Below, piece after piece: positions 1-11,836 of a stretch of 64,000 nt of DNA. Numbering within the stretch: the stretch's first letter is position 1; each line of letters begins with the position of its first letter. The notes beneath the pieces were generated by a model. It saw only the letters and a list, made by a program, of their open reading frames with translations. It did not search any database and was not told the DNA's origin. A program made the position numbers and the translations under genes. Origin of the DNA: Octopus sinensis (taxonomy: Eukaryota); assembly GCF_006345805.1 (NCBI RefSeq), contig NW_021832382.1, forward strand, positions 230,667-294,666. The letters are read 5' to 3'.

Positions 1-1710
1 CGGAGAGCACCATTTTGAATCCTTTGGAGTTTTTAAATGTTGCTGGATGAAAGAGAAGCGGCCCAAGCGGGGCTAGTGTAGTTAAGGGAGATCCTGATGT
101 ATTGTTTATAGATTATTCTTAGCTTTTCTTTGTCTTGACCAAAAGAGGATCCGGCCACTGCTCGGAGGGCATTCCTTTTTTTGTTTAATTTTTTGATTAT
201 GTGGTCAACATGAGAAGAGAAGGTAAAACATTGGTCGTAGATCACTCCCAGGATTTTCGGAGTTTTTGAGATGGGGAGGCGTTCTTCAAAGATTTTCAAC
301 TCTGGATGCTGGTCTAGTTGGCGACGGTCACTGGTGAACAACGTAACACTGGACTTGGAGAAAGAGGGTGAGAGGTGGTTGGTTACAAACCAAGACTCCA
401 ATAAATCCAGATGGGTTTGTAGGCGTGTGCAAGCAATTGAAATGTTCTTGTCCCGAGCCGCCAAGATCAAATCATCAGCATAAAACAGGATCAAAGTGTC
501 TTCCAGTTCAGGTAAACTGCTCAGGTGGAAGTTAAACAAGGCCGGGGAGAGGGCCGATCTTTGCGGGACTTTATTCGGTAAGTATCGCGCGTGCGACGTC
601 TTCGACATGAACAAAGTGCGACCCAGTCTGCCGGATATGAACGACTTGAGCCATTTTTGAATCATTGGAGGAATACTCGTCGCTTTAATCTTGTTTTAAA
701 GTAGATGGCGGGAAGTCTTGTCGAAAGCTTTTGCAATGTCGATCAAAGCCAGAATTGTGCGAAGTGGTGGTTTTTGTTGTTAAAACCATCCGCAATGAAG
801 TTCCATTAGTTTTGTTAGGTGCGTAGAGGTGGAATGAGATGGGGGGAAACCATGTTGGGATCTAGACAGGTTGATTTGCGAATATATGTGTTTCAAAATG
901 AATCTCTCCAAAACTTTTGAAGCGACACAAAGCAGAGAGATAGGCAAGAAAGAACCTGGGTCCCGAGGATCCTCGTTCAGCTTGAGTGCTGGGATTATAC
1001 TTCATTGTTTCCATAACATGGGGACATATCCAACGTTCAATAAAGTTTGAAAGATGTCCGTGATGGCTCGAAGTCAATTCGGTCCAAGGTTTTTTAGATG
1101 ATGAATGCATATTCCGTATGGGCCTTTCGCCGACGAATTCTTAGGATTCAAGATTAGAGCACGTATGTCCAACCAGTCTATCTTGATCGGAGAGACGTTT
1201 GGTGACGGAGGGTGATTCAATATACGTACACAATTTGATCTGTCCATGTTGATCTGACAGATAGAGCTGTAATGGGACATAATGTCATCCGCTTGTTCCC
1301 GAAATGACTTCGAGCTGAGGCGTTTATTTATCACAGATTCGTGAGTGGAAGTATGTAAGGTCTGTCCGGAAGAAATAGATTTCAATGCGTCCCAAAATTC
1401 AGTTGGCTTGGTAGGATGATCCAGTCTAGATACAAACTCTTTCCACCTGGCTTTTGTCTTGTAGGATGTGGTCAGTGATTATCCCGTTAATAAGTTGGAG
1501 TCCCGAACGCCATTCCTCTTTATTGCACGTCTCTCTTTTATGAGGTCAATGATCTTCTTTGTGAAAAGTGTTTTGTCCCGCGGATGAATCCTTTGGGAAT
1601 GTATTTTCGGTCTGCAGAGATTATGCAATTGTTGAAGTGTTTTATTGCATCATCGATCAATTTAAAATTTAGGACTGAGAATTTTGAGAAATACTGACAA
1701 ACATCCTGGT
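1..1710 (-). mobile_element. Degenerate non-LTR retrotransposon (Jockey/I-like) reverse transcriptase relic
   Basis: ORF 33..665 has VPQRSALSPALFN, FYADD and KILGVIYD. Upstream frameshifted pieces give LIDIAKAFD and AKGPYGI. Runs off the window edge. Confidence 0.85.
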
Positions 1711-2371
1711 ATAAATCATTAGTTTAACGTAATTTTTAACGTGAATTATCATTTACATATCACGTTGAGCACAATTTATGACACTTATGGGGTCACTGCT
1801 GGCTCGGTTTAAATCTCGGATCGCGACATTATCATTTCTTCTACCGATATGAAAGATATCTATTTTTATACTGTTGGACTGGAGAATTTGATTCATAAAA
1901 ATCGTATGTCAAATATATCTTCAACCTGCAAACAAACAGCAGCACTTATCTTTTAACAGACTTGAAAAGAGATTGCTTTATTCTAAGTTGAGTTTGACAA
2001 AAGTCTATTCTTTGAATATAAAGACTCTGGTATACCGTTCATTTTTCTATGGACAAGGAAGTTTAATTTAAATAGAAAAAGGATATTATGACAAAATACC
2101 CAAGTTCTATTTCGTGGTTGATACATAATGACAAATAATTGCATTCTATAGAAAAAAGCAATTATTTATCAATAAAAAATCCAAGTCAGATTAGAGAAAC
2201 CACGAGACTAACCCTTCTTATTGGATATTACTATTGTCTCAATCAAAAATAAATTTTGGACTCAAGTGACTGCATCATGAAAGCAAATGGCAAATGAGTG
2301 GAGAGAAGGAAGAATAAATATAGCCATAATATTTAATTAGAACAAAAGAAAAGAAAATTAAACTAAATAAA

Positions 2372-3735
2372 TTACAGTTCGACGCTGTTCGGCAATTCAG
2401 AAATAGAAATACCATAGTGAGTCTGAATGTCACTCAACATTCTTTTATCACTCTCACACACAAAATTAATAGCAGTCCCCTTTCTCCCATACCGTCCACT
2501 TCTCCCAATCCTTAACAAATACACACAATCCATTACCTGTGTAAATATGATTGTCTGTCGTTGGGGACATCATAGTTAATGACCAAATTCACGTGCTGCA
2601 AATCTAACCCACGCGACAACAAATCACTCGAAATTAGAATGCGACAGTTCTCAGACCGGAACTCCCCAATGACACGATCTCTCTCTGCCTGGTCCAATTG
2701 CCCGTGCTAGCATAACCACAAATCATCACCATAGACTCCACCGGGTATTTCTGAGATCTCATCAACTCGGACAAACATTTGACAGTGTTGATACTATTAC
2801 AAAATATGACAGCTTTGGATATAGACACGTTGTTGTATATCATCTTAAGGACATCAATCTTACTCTCCTAACCATCAAACTCACATAAACCACCTGATTA
2901 GCAACATTGACATAATATTGCGTAATCCCCGAGAGAGTCAACTCTGTCCGACTCACCAAAATACGGAAAGGATTTATCAAAAACTTGTCCGACAATTCCA
3001 AAACCTCATTCGGCAAAGTCGCAGAAACAAGGACAAGCTGACCACTTTTTGGCATATTGTCGATCAGCGCACACATTGTCTCCCGAAACCCCTTCGAAAG
3101 CATCTCATCGGCCTCATCAAGGACAATCATGAGCAGATGATCCAAGCGAAGGACATGTTCAATAATCAAATGGAGAACCCTCCCAGGAGTCCCCACCACA
3201 ATGTCCACTCCATCACGGACATCGGTCACGTTGTCCCTCACATTCCGACCTCCCACCAGAGCTCTGACGGATAACTAAAAATGTGTAAGTTGATGGACCT
3301 GGCAGTGTTTTGACAAGTCTACGAGAACGTTGTAGGACTGGGTGGCCAACTCTCTGGTTGGAGACAAGACAATTGCTCGACATTTGTGAACAGGGTTCTC
3401 TTGATACGCACAAAACACTCGCTGTACTGCAGCAATTGAAAAAGTAGCAGTTTTTCCTGTTCCCGACTGTGCTTGGATCACACAGTCTCTTCCGTTATAG
3501 CATGGGACTATTGCACGTTGCTGAATTTGGGAGGGGCGCTCAAATCCTGATGAAAATATTCCTCGAAGAATTTCCATCTTGAGACCCATGTCTTGGAAAT
3601 TCTCGTATATTGTGATGTCTTTACTGGTTGTAAAGATAAGTTCGGTTTCTGCATTTTCAAATTCATTGGTCTGAATATTAATTATTATTAAATATTGATT
3701 TTTTAAAATTTTTATTATGTAACAACCTGAGACAT
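2372..3735 (-). CDS. eIF4A-family DEAD-box RNA helicase (eIF4A1/2 vs eIF4A3 unresolved), 5 introns
   Basis: [40 protein letters not shown] and HRIGRSGR motifs join in frame after removing GT-AG introns of about 56, 24, 26, 23 and 26 nt. Ends [10 protein letters not shown]. Confidence 0.93.
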
Positions 3736-4239
3736 AACAAAACAACTAATGTAATAAAAACGTGAAGTATTTTATTGCTTAAATTATATTAATTAAATAT
3801 ATATAATCATTTAAGTTTATATATAAGTAAATCCTAATAATTTTAAAAATCCTTCTAATATATTTTTTGAGGAGAGACCAGCTGCCATGGAGAAAAGTAG
3901 CTATATATAGAGTATTGGTGGGCCAGTGCAGCAGTTTTTCCGTAAGGTAACGGTTGGGAGTCTTCGCTTTTGGGGAAACATATGGCTTTTTTGAGGTGGT
4001 TATACAACTATGTATAATCAATCTCAGCCAGACACCCCCCTGTATGATCGAAAGTCAGATAAAGCAGTCTTATCGGCTTGACAACAGTGAATATAATTGA
4101 TTTGGATGTAGATAGGTGTAGTTTCACAAATCATGCTGCGTTTCCTCTCCAATCATGTGGTTTGGTGTCGTACAGCGTGATAGAAGGCCGTAATACAGAG
4201 GAATAAAGAGAATGTCTCACAGAAATATAAACTGTTTGT

Positions 4240-4570
4240 CCTTAATAATTATTGTGGACGAGTCGTCTAGACTATTGAGTTTCTTGGCTAGCTCCTCTTA
4301 GAATGAATCAAGTTTGTCGACGTTTTTGGCAATCTTGCCACTGTGAGGGGCATAGACATTAATAATGGAAAGCCTTCCGAACCTGGTATCTATTTGTAGT
4401 ACCGATATTCGGTCGGTGAATTTCCAGAAACGGTAAATACAAAAAGAGAGATACTTGTGTGTCATGAATCTGTGGCCATAGTATCTACATTCAAGAGGCA
4501 GTGGAATCTTTGGCCATAAGCATCCATACAGCTGCTGACAAACATATCGGAAACCTGGATTGTATCCGCC
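4240..4570 (-). mobile_element. RTE-like AP-endonuclease relic
   Basis: Minus strand reads IINVYAPHSG, typical of RTE APE domains; stops and frameshifts present. Confidence 0.55.
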
Positions 4571-5490
4571 GTGATTTACTTATAGAGACCTACTTATTGT
4601 TATCCTAAAAAGATTCCTGGATGAGAACAAAGTGAGCATTATAAGATTACTGCTTGGAAAGACAGAATTATCTGTTCATGCTAAATCGTCTTTTTCAAAG
4701 CGGTTTGAAACAAATGTCGACATCTACCTGAAAGCCGCCTTTAAGAGATCTCAAAACTTTTACGATAGCTCCATCACCGAAATTGTCTATTTTGACGATA
4801 TTGACTTGGCTTCAGATAACAAAGATGCTCTAATCAATCTTCTAAAGAATTCTCAGAGGACACTTAATAAATGGTTCCGCATAATCAACACTTCTAAAAT
4901 TTAATTCACTGAGATAAAACCAACAAACATGAGTTGTTGAAACTTTGAGGAATGTCAAGAAACTTGGGGCTCTACTCGAAGATAGCAGAATATGCAAAGC
5001 TTGGCTCCAAGCCCGGCCTGTAAATTGCCAACTCAGATCAAGGCTCCACGACGCCTTTGTGAAACCTGTCTACTTTATAATTCCTCAACATGTGGGAGTT
5101 CGGATACTAAACTGAAGACCATAGATTCCTTTCACCGCAAAGAAGTGCGCCTTCTACATTGACTTGACTGGGTATATAAAATCAATAATCAATCACTACA
5201 AACACTATAACGCTGCACCACTGATTGCAGAAATTGTGGCAGGCTGCTGGGAACTGTTCGGGCACATCTTGAAAAAGCCTAGTCATTCCCGCTAATCTTG
5301 CAATGGACGGATACTTTGTAAATATCGGGGACGATCGATATTTACCTTCCGGGAGTTTTGAGGAAGGGTCCCAACTTATTTGACAAGAACTAACAAAAAA
5401 GTGATGCCCCAGATTCTCTACGGGCTCTCGCCAATAACAGAGGGGGCTGGACTAGGATGGTTCAGAAGATTGTCTCGCTTGTCACACGTT
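4570..5490 (+). mobile_element. RTE-like LINE RT/3' relic
   Basis: IIRLLLGKTELSVHAKSS and EIVYFDDIDL closely match the element at 59700-61770 (MIRVLLARTELSVLVKSS, EIVYADDVNF). Confidence 0.7.
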
Positions 5491-5618
5491 TGGAATTAAA
5501 ACTTTATGTCCCTACGGAATGTATCATTTTTCCTTTATATTTATTTAATAAAGTAAGTTTGCTTAAACTAATTCTAATAACAATGGAATGTATACGTTCT
5601 GATTTTCTCCTTTTTGTT

Positions 5619-6467
5619 ATGGTCATTATTTTTGTTTTTTCTTTAATTTTGTTCACTCTCAAAAGTATGACATCATTTTTAAGATTAGCCCTTTCCTTTG
5701 ACGTTCGGTTAATTGATGTCGATAAGTTACAATTCTTCTGGAATCGTGTGACCACCGGTAGAAGAACTGCTCCAATGCCTCAAGTCACAATCTATACCCC
5801 ATAAATCAGATCAACCTCATATCAGGCCCTCCAGAGTGCAGTGACGAGCCCTCTTTGATAACGTGCTACAATAAAGGATACAAACACGGCACAATCAAAG
5901 TAAAAATATTGATTGTCAATAATTAGTGGAAATGTAAAGCCAGCCTTCCTAAGGGATGCTCTTTTGATGAACTGAGTGTAAACTGCGAGGGCTCTTCTCG
6001 GCCTGGATATGTCCTTGTTGGATCATGTGCTGTATATATATTGTGTTATATTAGATTGAATATACAACAAAGTTTAATAGCCATTTCAATCTGATTGAAA
6101 ATATACCTTTACTTATCATTTTTGGTGGCATTTTATTTTTTATATTCAAACGGTATTATCGAAGATCTTCTCGCGTGGCGGACTACACGCCGTCGGCTCC
6201 CTTTGAAGGTTAGTTGGCCTGGCTGACACATAAAGAGCCTCCTGGGTATGATGAATTCCACGAACATCCGACATATCGCCATCGCTACATTCCGACACAA
6301 ACGAGACATCACTTTACTATTATTAATGACGACTTTGGGTGTGGGGGGTGGAGAAATCAACATTGCAGGTCATATCCGAGTCGCAGATCCTCTTCAGATA
6401 ATACAGGTTGGATTTGTTTGGTGGACTAGGTTGGTGTTCAGGCACTGCAGATACTCACATCCGCTAA
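5619..6467 (+). CDS. SARAF: Store-operated calcium entry-associated regulatory factor (SARAF/TMEM66), about 6 micro-introns
   Basis: Spliced product: signal peptide, DVRLIDVDKL..TTGRRTAPMPQ, TCYNKG, WKCKA, VNCEG..YVLVGSC, one TM segment, PPGY motif. This matches the SARAF pattern TTSRR..PIPQ/QCQNKG/WECK/SCEG..YVLRGSC. Not visible as one ORF in the track; start could be 5583. Confidence 0.85.
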
Positions 6468-6619
6468 TTAATACTTTAATCGTCTTTAAATAAGGATGGT
6501 CTCTATTTAGTTAAGTCAAAATAATATCGAGTGGTTTTGATGCCACAAATGCGACAATGGCTTAGAAACTGATTCTTGATCATGAAAACGTGACTTCTTA
6601 GGCCACATAAAAAATTTTA

Positions 6620-7359
6620 TTAAAGTAACAAATTTTCTTCGTCTTCTTCCCTGAGCCACACTTCCCATTCTAAACCAATCAATATAGGGAAAAACCGCCG
6701 ACAATTTCCCGTCCAATAGAACTGATTTTGCGTGCTAATGCCAACTCAATTTCACTCTTCCCACTTCCGACGTCATCCGCCTCCACAACCGATGTGGCCA
6801 TTTTCCGCAGCTCCTCATTTTCCTTCACCAACTTGCGACATCGAGCCAACAACCGAGGCCCTGCCGACGTTTCCCGACAATTTTCCCCTCCACATCCTCC
6901 CATTTGCACTGCCCGCGAATTCAAATACACATATTGCCGAGAGAAATTTTCCGATTCGTTAAAAAGTTTGCGAATTTGCATCAAAACCGCCAAATCGACT
7001 TTGAGTCCCTCCTCCCGGTCGAGTTTGGCCTTGCTTTGACCGATTTTTTCAGTCAAAAAGTTCTTTTTTAATAATTTTGAATAAAAACGATTGCATTTTG
7101 TTCAGATTTTTCGATTTCTGCAATTGTTTGGGTTATTTCGTTGATTTTAGAACAGATTTTGTATGTCTCGTTTTTTCTGGCTTGTGTTGTCTTTCTTACA
7201 TAGTTGTAGCACCTAAGGAATGGAAGTGAAAGAGAATTACATTGATAAAAGCTTTTCTCTTGGGAGATCGGCCAGTTTGTCCTTTTAACATATTAATATT
7301 ATAGTTTTTACTGTATTTAGACGCTGGTTGTTTTCTTTTATCGAACTTTGTACATGCAT
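6620..7359 (-). CDS. WTAP: WTAP/Fl(2)d-like m6A-writer regulatory subunit, 3 micro-introns, one probable homopolymer indel
   Basis: TSAGPRLLARCRKLVKENEELRK..EIELALARK resembles WTAP SQTGKKLMAKCRMLIQENQELG..EAELALQKK. Introns of 30, 28 and 26 nt; frameshift in a T-run near 7057. The 3' end is uncertain. Confidence 0.7.
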
Positions 7360-7439
7360 CACTTCGAAGTACAAATAATAAAAATATTTTTATGAAGAAC
7401 TCCTTTATTTTAAACAAATAACAAAAAATTGTCGTCGCT

Positions 7440-8900
7440 TGTGTCAGATCTTGGATGATTTTTTCCGTTGAAAACTTCCACGCTCCTTTTAAGATTGGGT
7501 TTTTTGGAGGCCGTCTAGGTCTTCAATATTTTCCAGTCCATTCCGTTTGCCGAGCTGGACAGTCGGATATTGGCCGGGAACATTCCGACCTTCGTGTGGG
7601 ATCTTTTCTTCTCAGTTCATCCACTAGCATTCAAAAAGAAAGACGATGGAATCCGTGTAAATGCAGTCAGAAACCACTTCCGTCGGCTGGCATCTAAGGC
7701 TGCTGCAAAAATTGTGTGTAGTGACTTGAGCAGCGAACTCTCCTGGGCCAGCTCGGCGTGGGTGTCGCTTGCGACTTTGAAGTTGCAGTGCAGGCTGTCC
7801 GGAAATTCCGATTCCTTTTGAAAGGGCGCCAAATTTGATAAGAAAAACGTTTTAACAGCGTCAGGGGAGACAACATGATGAAAACATAAGAGATTGTCTT
7901 TCTAGTAAACCATGCATACGGCTTTGTAGACTTTTCTATTCCGGAGACCGAGTTGTTCGATCATAAACGAGTGTTCAGCAAGATGATTCTTTTGGTCCTC
8001 TGCTTTTCGCGCTGGCAATCGACGATGTCGTCTGCTCGGTGGGATCGCTATTTATCTAATGGTATCTAGACGATGCCACAGTCGATGACTTATTTAAGAA
8101 CATTTCAGTAATGATCCTCTCCCTGAACAAGCCGTGACTTTAGGTGAACATCATTAAATTTGAAATCTTAACGTCCTAGAGACACCAGTGCCATCCCCCT
8201 GCAACAAAATTCTCACTATTCAGTAGCTGCGTTCTGGTTTAAAAGATTCTACTTGCTTTATAAAGTATTTTGCTCCAAATTCTTGGTGGCGATCTGAACA
8301 CCTCTGGACAAGCAAGAACTACTACTTATTTCCGACATTTGAAACAATAAAGAACAAAGCAAACTTATATGCTCACAATAGTGACATTCATCAGAAAATA
8401 ATACTCGATGTCCTGACAATTTCTCTGTGAATTTACCGAACGAATTACAGAAAAAATCTACAATTGAAAAGATTAAAACAAATTCGTTACACACAACATT
8501 TTTTAACGGTCTGGGCGACAGTAATGAAACAGCTGACCTGAGAATGAATGAATGTTTTGTAGAAGATCAAAAATCTTTCTGAAATCGATGAAAAAAGAGC
8601 AACCATACGACTCCACAAAAAGGCTGTTGACGATCAATTCCATTTTCAGTTCAAGTTTGACAATACGGTACGATCCAGAAGTACGGTCACCTCTCTAGTT
8701 TTGTTTTCACGCCCATCACTTTTGAGATCTCTGGGGTTTTTGGCCCCAAGTCGCTTTGTTTCATACGTGATTTGGGGAGAAGAATCGCCAAAAAAAAGGA
8801 CGAACCGAGAGAGTCCTTTTGGCTTCTTCAACGTCTCTCCATTGCCGTAATCTGCAGGAACTGTTTCGCAATCCGTGAGGCTGAGAGGGCGTCCTAAATT
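7440..8900 (+). mobile_element. Degenerate CRE-clade retrotransposon with an unrelated insert at about 8190-8590
   Basis: KKDDGIRVNAVRNHFRRLASK, FNSVRGDNM, WYLDD and the 3' LQRLSIAVICRN are homologous to the element at 19085-22256. Confidence 0.75.
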
Positions 8901-8989
8901 GCGTAGTCTTAAACAAATTTTCTCCTTTTCTAACTGTCTTTTATTAATGAAAAGTTTGACAATTATTATATCGATTTTGACATTTTTAG

Positions 8990-11162
8990 CTCAATTTTGA
9001 CAATGGACAAGCAATCTTGAATTCTGACATCAATGTTGACAAAATTAGCCGTTTTTGCACACTTTGTTGTCTCTTGATCCCGCGAGCCAGTTTTGTCTGA
9101 TGTTCGATTACTCCCGAGTTAGATTTATCATAGAATATTCTAACTCATTTTGTAGTAATAGTGCTCAAAATTCCGTCAGGGTTCCATTTCCTGCTGCATG
9201 AACATCGTTATGAGGATTGTTTGATTTGATAAATGTCTTTATCTCAGCCTTGAGAATCGAAAAACAGCCTTCGCATAAATTAAGCTGCAGATATAATATG
9301 GTGCATAAAATCTTCGAATTAGATATTTTACTCGCACGCCTTCAAAATTTCCATAAAAATCAATAATTTCCTCTCCAGCTAAACTGTCAGATAATGCCGT
9401 CACAAAATTGCTAAATTTTGATTTTAAAGATTCAATGTGTGATTCAAATCTCACATTGTTCCATTGTCATCAATTTTCAAAATGACGTTAAGATTCACTC
9501 CTGTGCTTGCCCTTACTGGAACTATCGCACGTGATCCTATATAGGATCTGCAGAATTTTTTTTAATGTAAAGAGATTGAAATTTGTTTCGTCCAGATGTA
9601 TTTTTCCATTTGTATTACGTTGATAATCCAATCCAGTGACCTTATCCTCGCTCGGTGATCTTTCCACGAGCCCACACAAGATCGCACTGGGCGGCAGGCC
9701 GTTTTTGGCGGAGCATTCGCTGACGGGCCCAGGTTCAGCTTGATGAGGTCTTCCAGAGAAGCTGGACCGGGGCGTTGGCTATCATGTGACGAACGATCGG
9801 TTAATCTGAGGGCCCTTTGTTGAGCCTCCTCGATTCGCCTCCTGTTGGACTACGATAGCCGCGGACCCCATGATCCGCAGGCGTAGGCAATACATGGTTC
9901 GAAGTACTGGCGGTAGATATTTGCCAGTACCGGGTGCGACCCGTTTTTCCATATTCCGGATAGAGTTCGTAGTATGTTCAATTTTTGTTCGCATCTGCGA
10001 AGGAGGTTGTCCGCATGTGGGGAGAAACAGAGGTGCATGTCGAGGGTTACCCCTAGGACCGTCTGACTCCTGTAGAAGGGTACGGATATATTATTCAGCA
10101 TTAAGTCGACTGACGTCCTTCCCAATCTTTTGTCTGAGGTGAAGAGGGACGTGGCGGACTTCGCCGCTTTTACCACGAGCCGGTTGTCCGTCAGCCATAG
10201 GTTCAGCCGATCCAAGTTAGCTTGGAACCTTTCAGAGGCCTTCTGGATGTCCCGGTCCCGTGAGGCTAGTACGATGTCGTCCGCGTATGAGAGAACAATG
10301 TCTTTGTTGTCGAGGGAGTAAGGGAGGTCTTCCAAAAATAGGTTGAAGAGGGCCGGGGATAAGGGGGATCCCTGAGGTACTCCGTTGGGTAGAAAACGAG
10401 ATTTGGACTTCAGACCACCGAGGCACACCCTTCCCCTTCGTCCACTTAGGAAGTTGGTAATCCATATTTTTAGCTTCAGAGGAAAATCGGATTGGAATAT
10501 CTTCCTTGAGAGGAGCTTTCTCGAGACGGAATCGAAGTCTTTATGGATGTCGACAAAGCAGAGCACGGTCTTTTGGTGCCTCGGTTTGCTGGCAAAACCG
10601 GTAAAGATGTTGAAAATGTCTTTCGGGTAAGAAATCTTCTATTCTGCCAAGAACCAGTCTTTCCAGGATTTTTGACATCGAATATAACAGGGAAATCGGC
10701 CTGAAAGATGCCGCGTCCCCTCATGGTCTTCCAGGCTTCAGTATCGGCCTTATTAAGGCCTGTTTCCATATTGCCGGAATCACGTTGTTGTTGATTGAAT
10801 AGTTGAAAATGGATGTTAGGAACCTGACTTCTCGCAGCATTTTGTAGGTAATCAAGTCGGTTATATATTGTTACAATACAAACTTTATTAATTACCAATT
10901 TTCGTAATTCCTTCAATGTCATCGATGGATTATTCTCAATTTTTTCAATTATCAAATTCATATCATCCGTAAGTTTAATCGTTGCATCCCTTCTACCTCC
11001 ACGTTTACAAAAATACGGATTTCCACTTTTTACAATGGTTATAGCTGTTGTCCTCTTGACACCAAGATCGCGAGCAAGCTGTATATAATCGCCATCCTTT
11101 TCATTCTTATTTATAAGTGCTCTTCTTGTAGCTTCTGACACTCTTGAATTTTTTCTTGACAT
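8990..11162 (-). mobile_element. IS630/Tc1-like transposase relic split by a LINE insertion
   Basis: N-terminal HTH region (LARDLGVKRTTAITIV..RGGRR..IENNPSMTLKEL) at 10830-11162. Catalytic half (HLDETNFNLF, GSRAIVPVRASTGVNL, EGCFSILKAEIK) at 8990-9620. Confidence 0.7.
9620..10830 (-). mobile_element. Truncated Jockey/I-like LINE RT inserted in the transposase
   Basis: ORF 9850..10566: FVDIHKDFDSV, GVPQGSPLSPALFN, SYADD, VLGVTLD. GC-richer than its flanks. Confidence 0.85.
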
Positions 11163-11836
11163 AAATTCGTACAAGAACGGCAAATCAGAAAATACAAAAT
11201 AAATGAAAAATCGGCAAAAGTCAAGATTAACATAAAAATATCAAAATCCAATAACAAGTAAAATAGAGAAGTTAACTAAATTAGATAAGTCGCCGAGCAG
11301 ATGGACAAACAATTTCCACGTAATATCGCGAACGATATCCGCTGAAAAAGCCAGCTCGTTTCACGACTATCGTGACTCCTCCTCGAGATGAATGAAATAA
11401 TGGCTTTGATGTCACCTTGAAACTGTATTGTCAGCAAGGTTTAAAAACAACATCAAAATACCCTCAGTTGTAATAAAAATCAATATAGAGACTATAGCTA
11501 TAAAGAATCCACTTGAGGCCATACAAATTGAGAACAACAATAGATTTTTATGCCAAAATATTGGCCTGGAGGAGAATAGGTCCATCTAAGGAAAAAGACC
11601 GACGGAGAGAGTCAGTCAGGTAGAAAAAGTAAGTAGGGAAAAAGGGAAGAAGAACAATCAATTTAAAATGGATGTATCTGTTAATGGGAAACACCCAGTG
11701 ATACAGATAAATCGTTTAAAAAATGCTAAAGAAAGCCCAGCATACATATCTATGAATTATTAACTGAGTTAAACATTATTCACGATTGGTGGATCTTTGT
11801 ATTTACTCGCATTCAATCAGTTTTTCTTTGTTGGTA

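Noticed and set aside
3870-4000. Possible Pol III or structured ncRNA (TATA-like stretch, short hairpin, T6 run)
   Set aside because: No recognisable tRNA, snRNA, SRP or ribozyme core; an Infernal/Rfam scan would be needed.
10476-11183. 235-aa ORF as a novel HTH fusion protein
   Set aside because: Read-through from a transposase N-terminus into an out-of-frame LINE insertion; the catalytic half resumes at about 9620.
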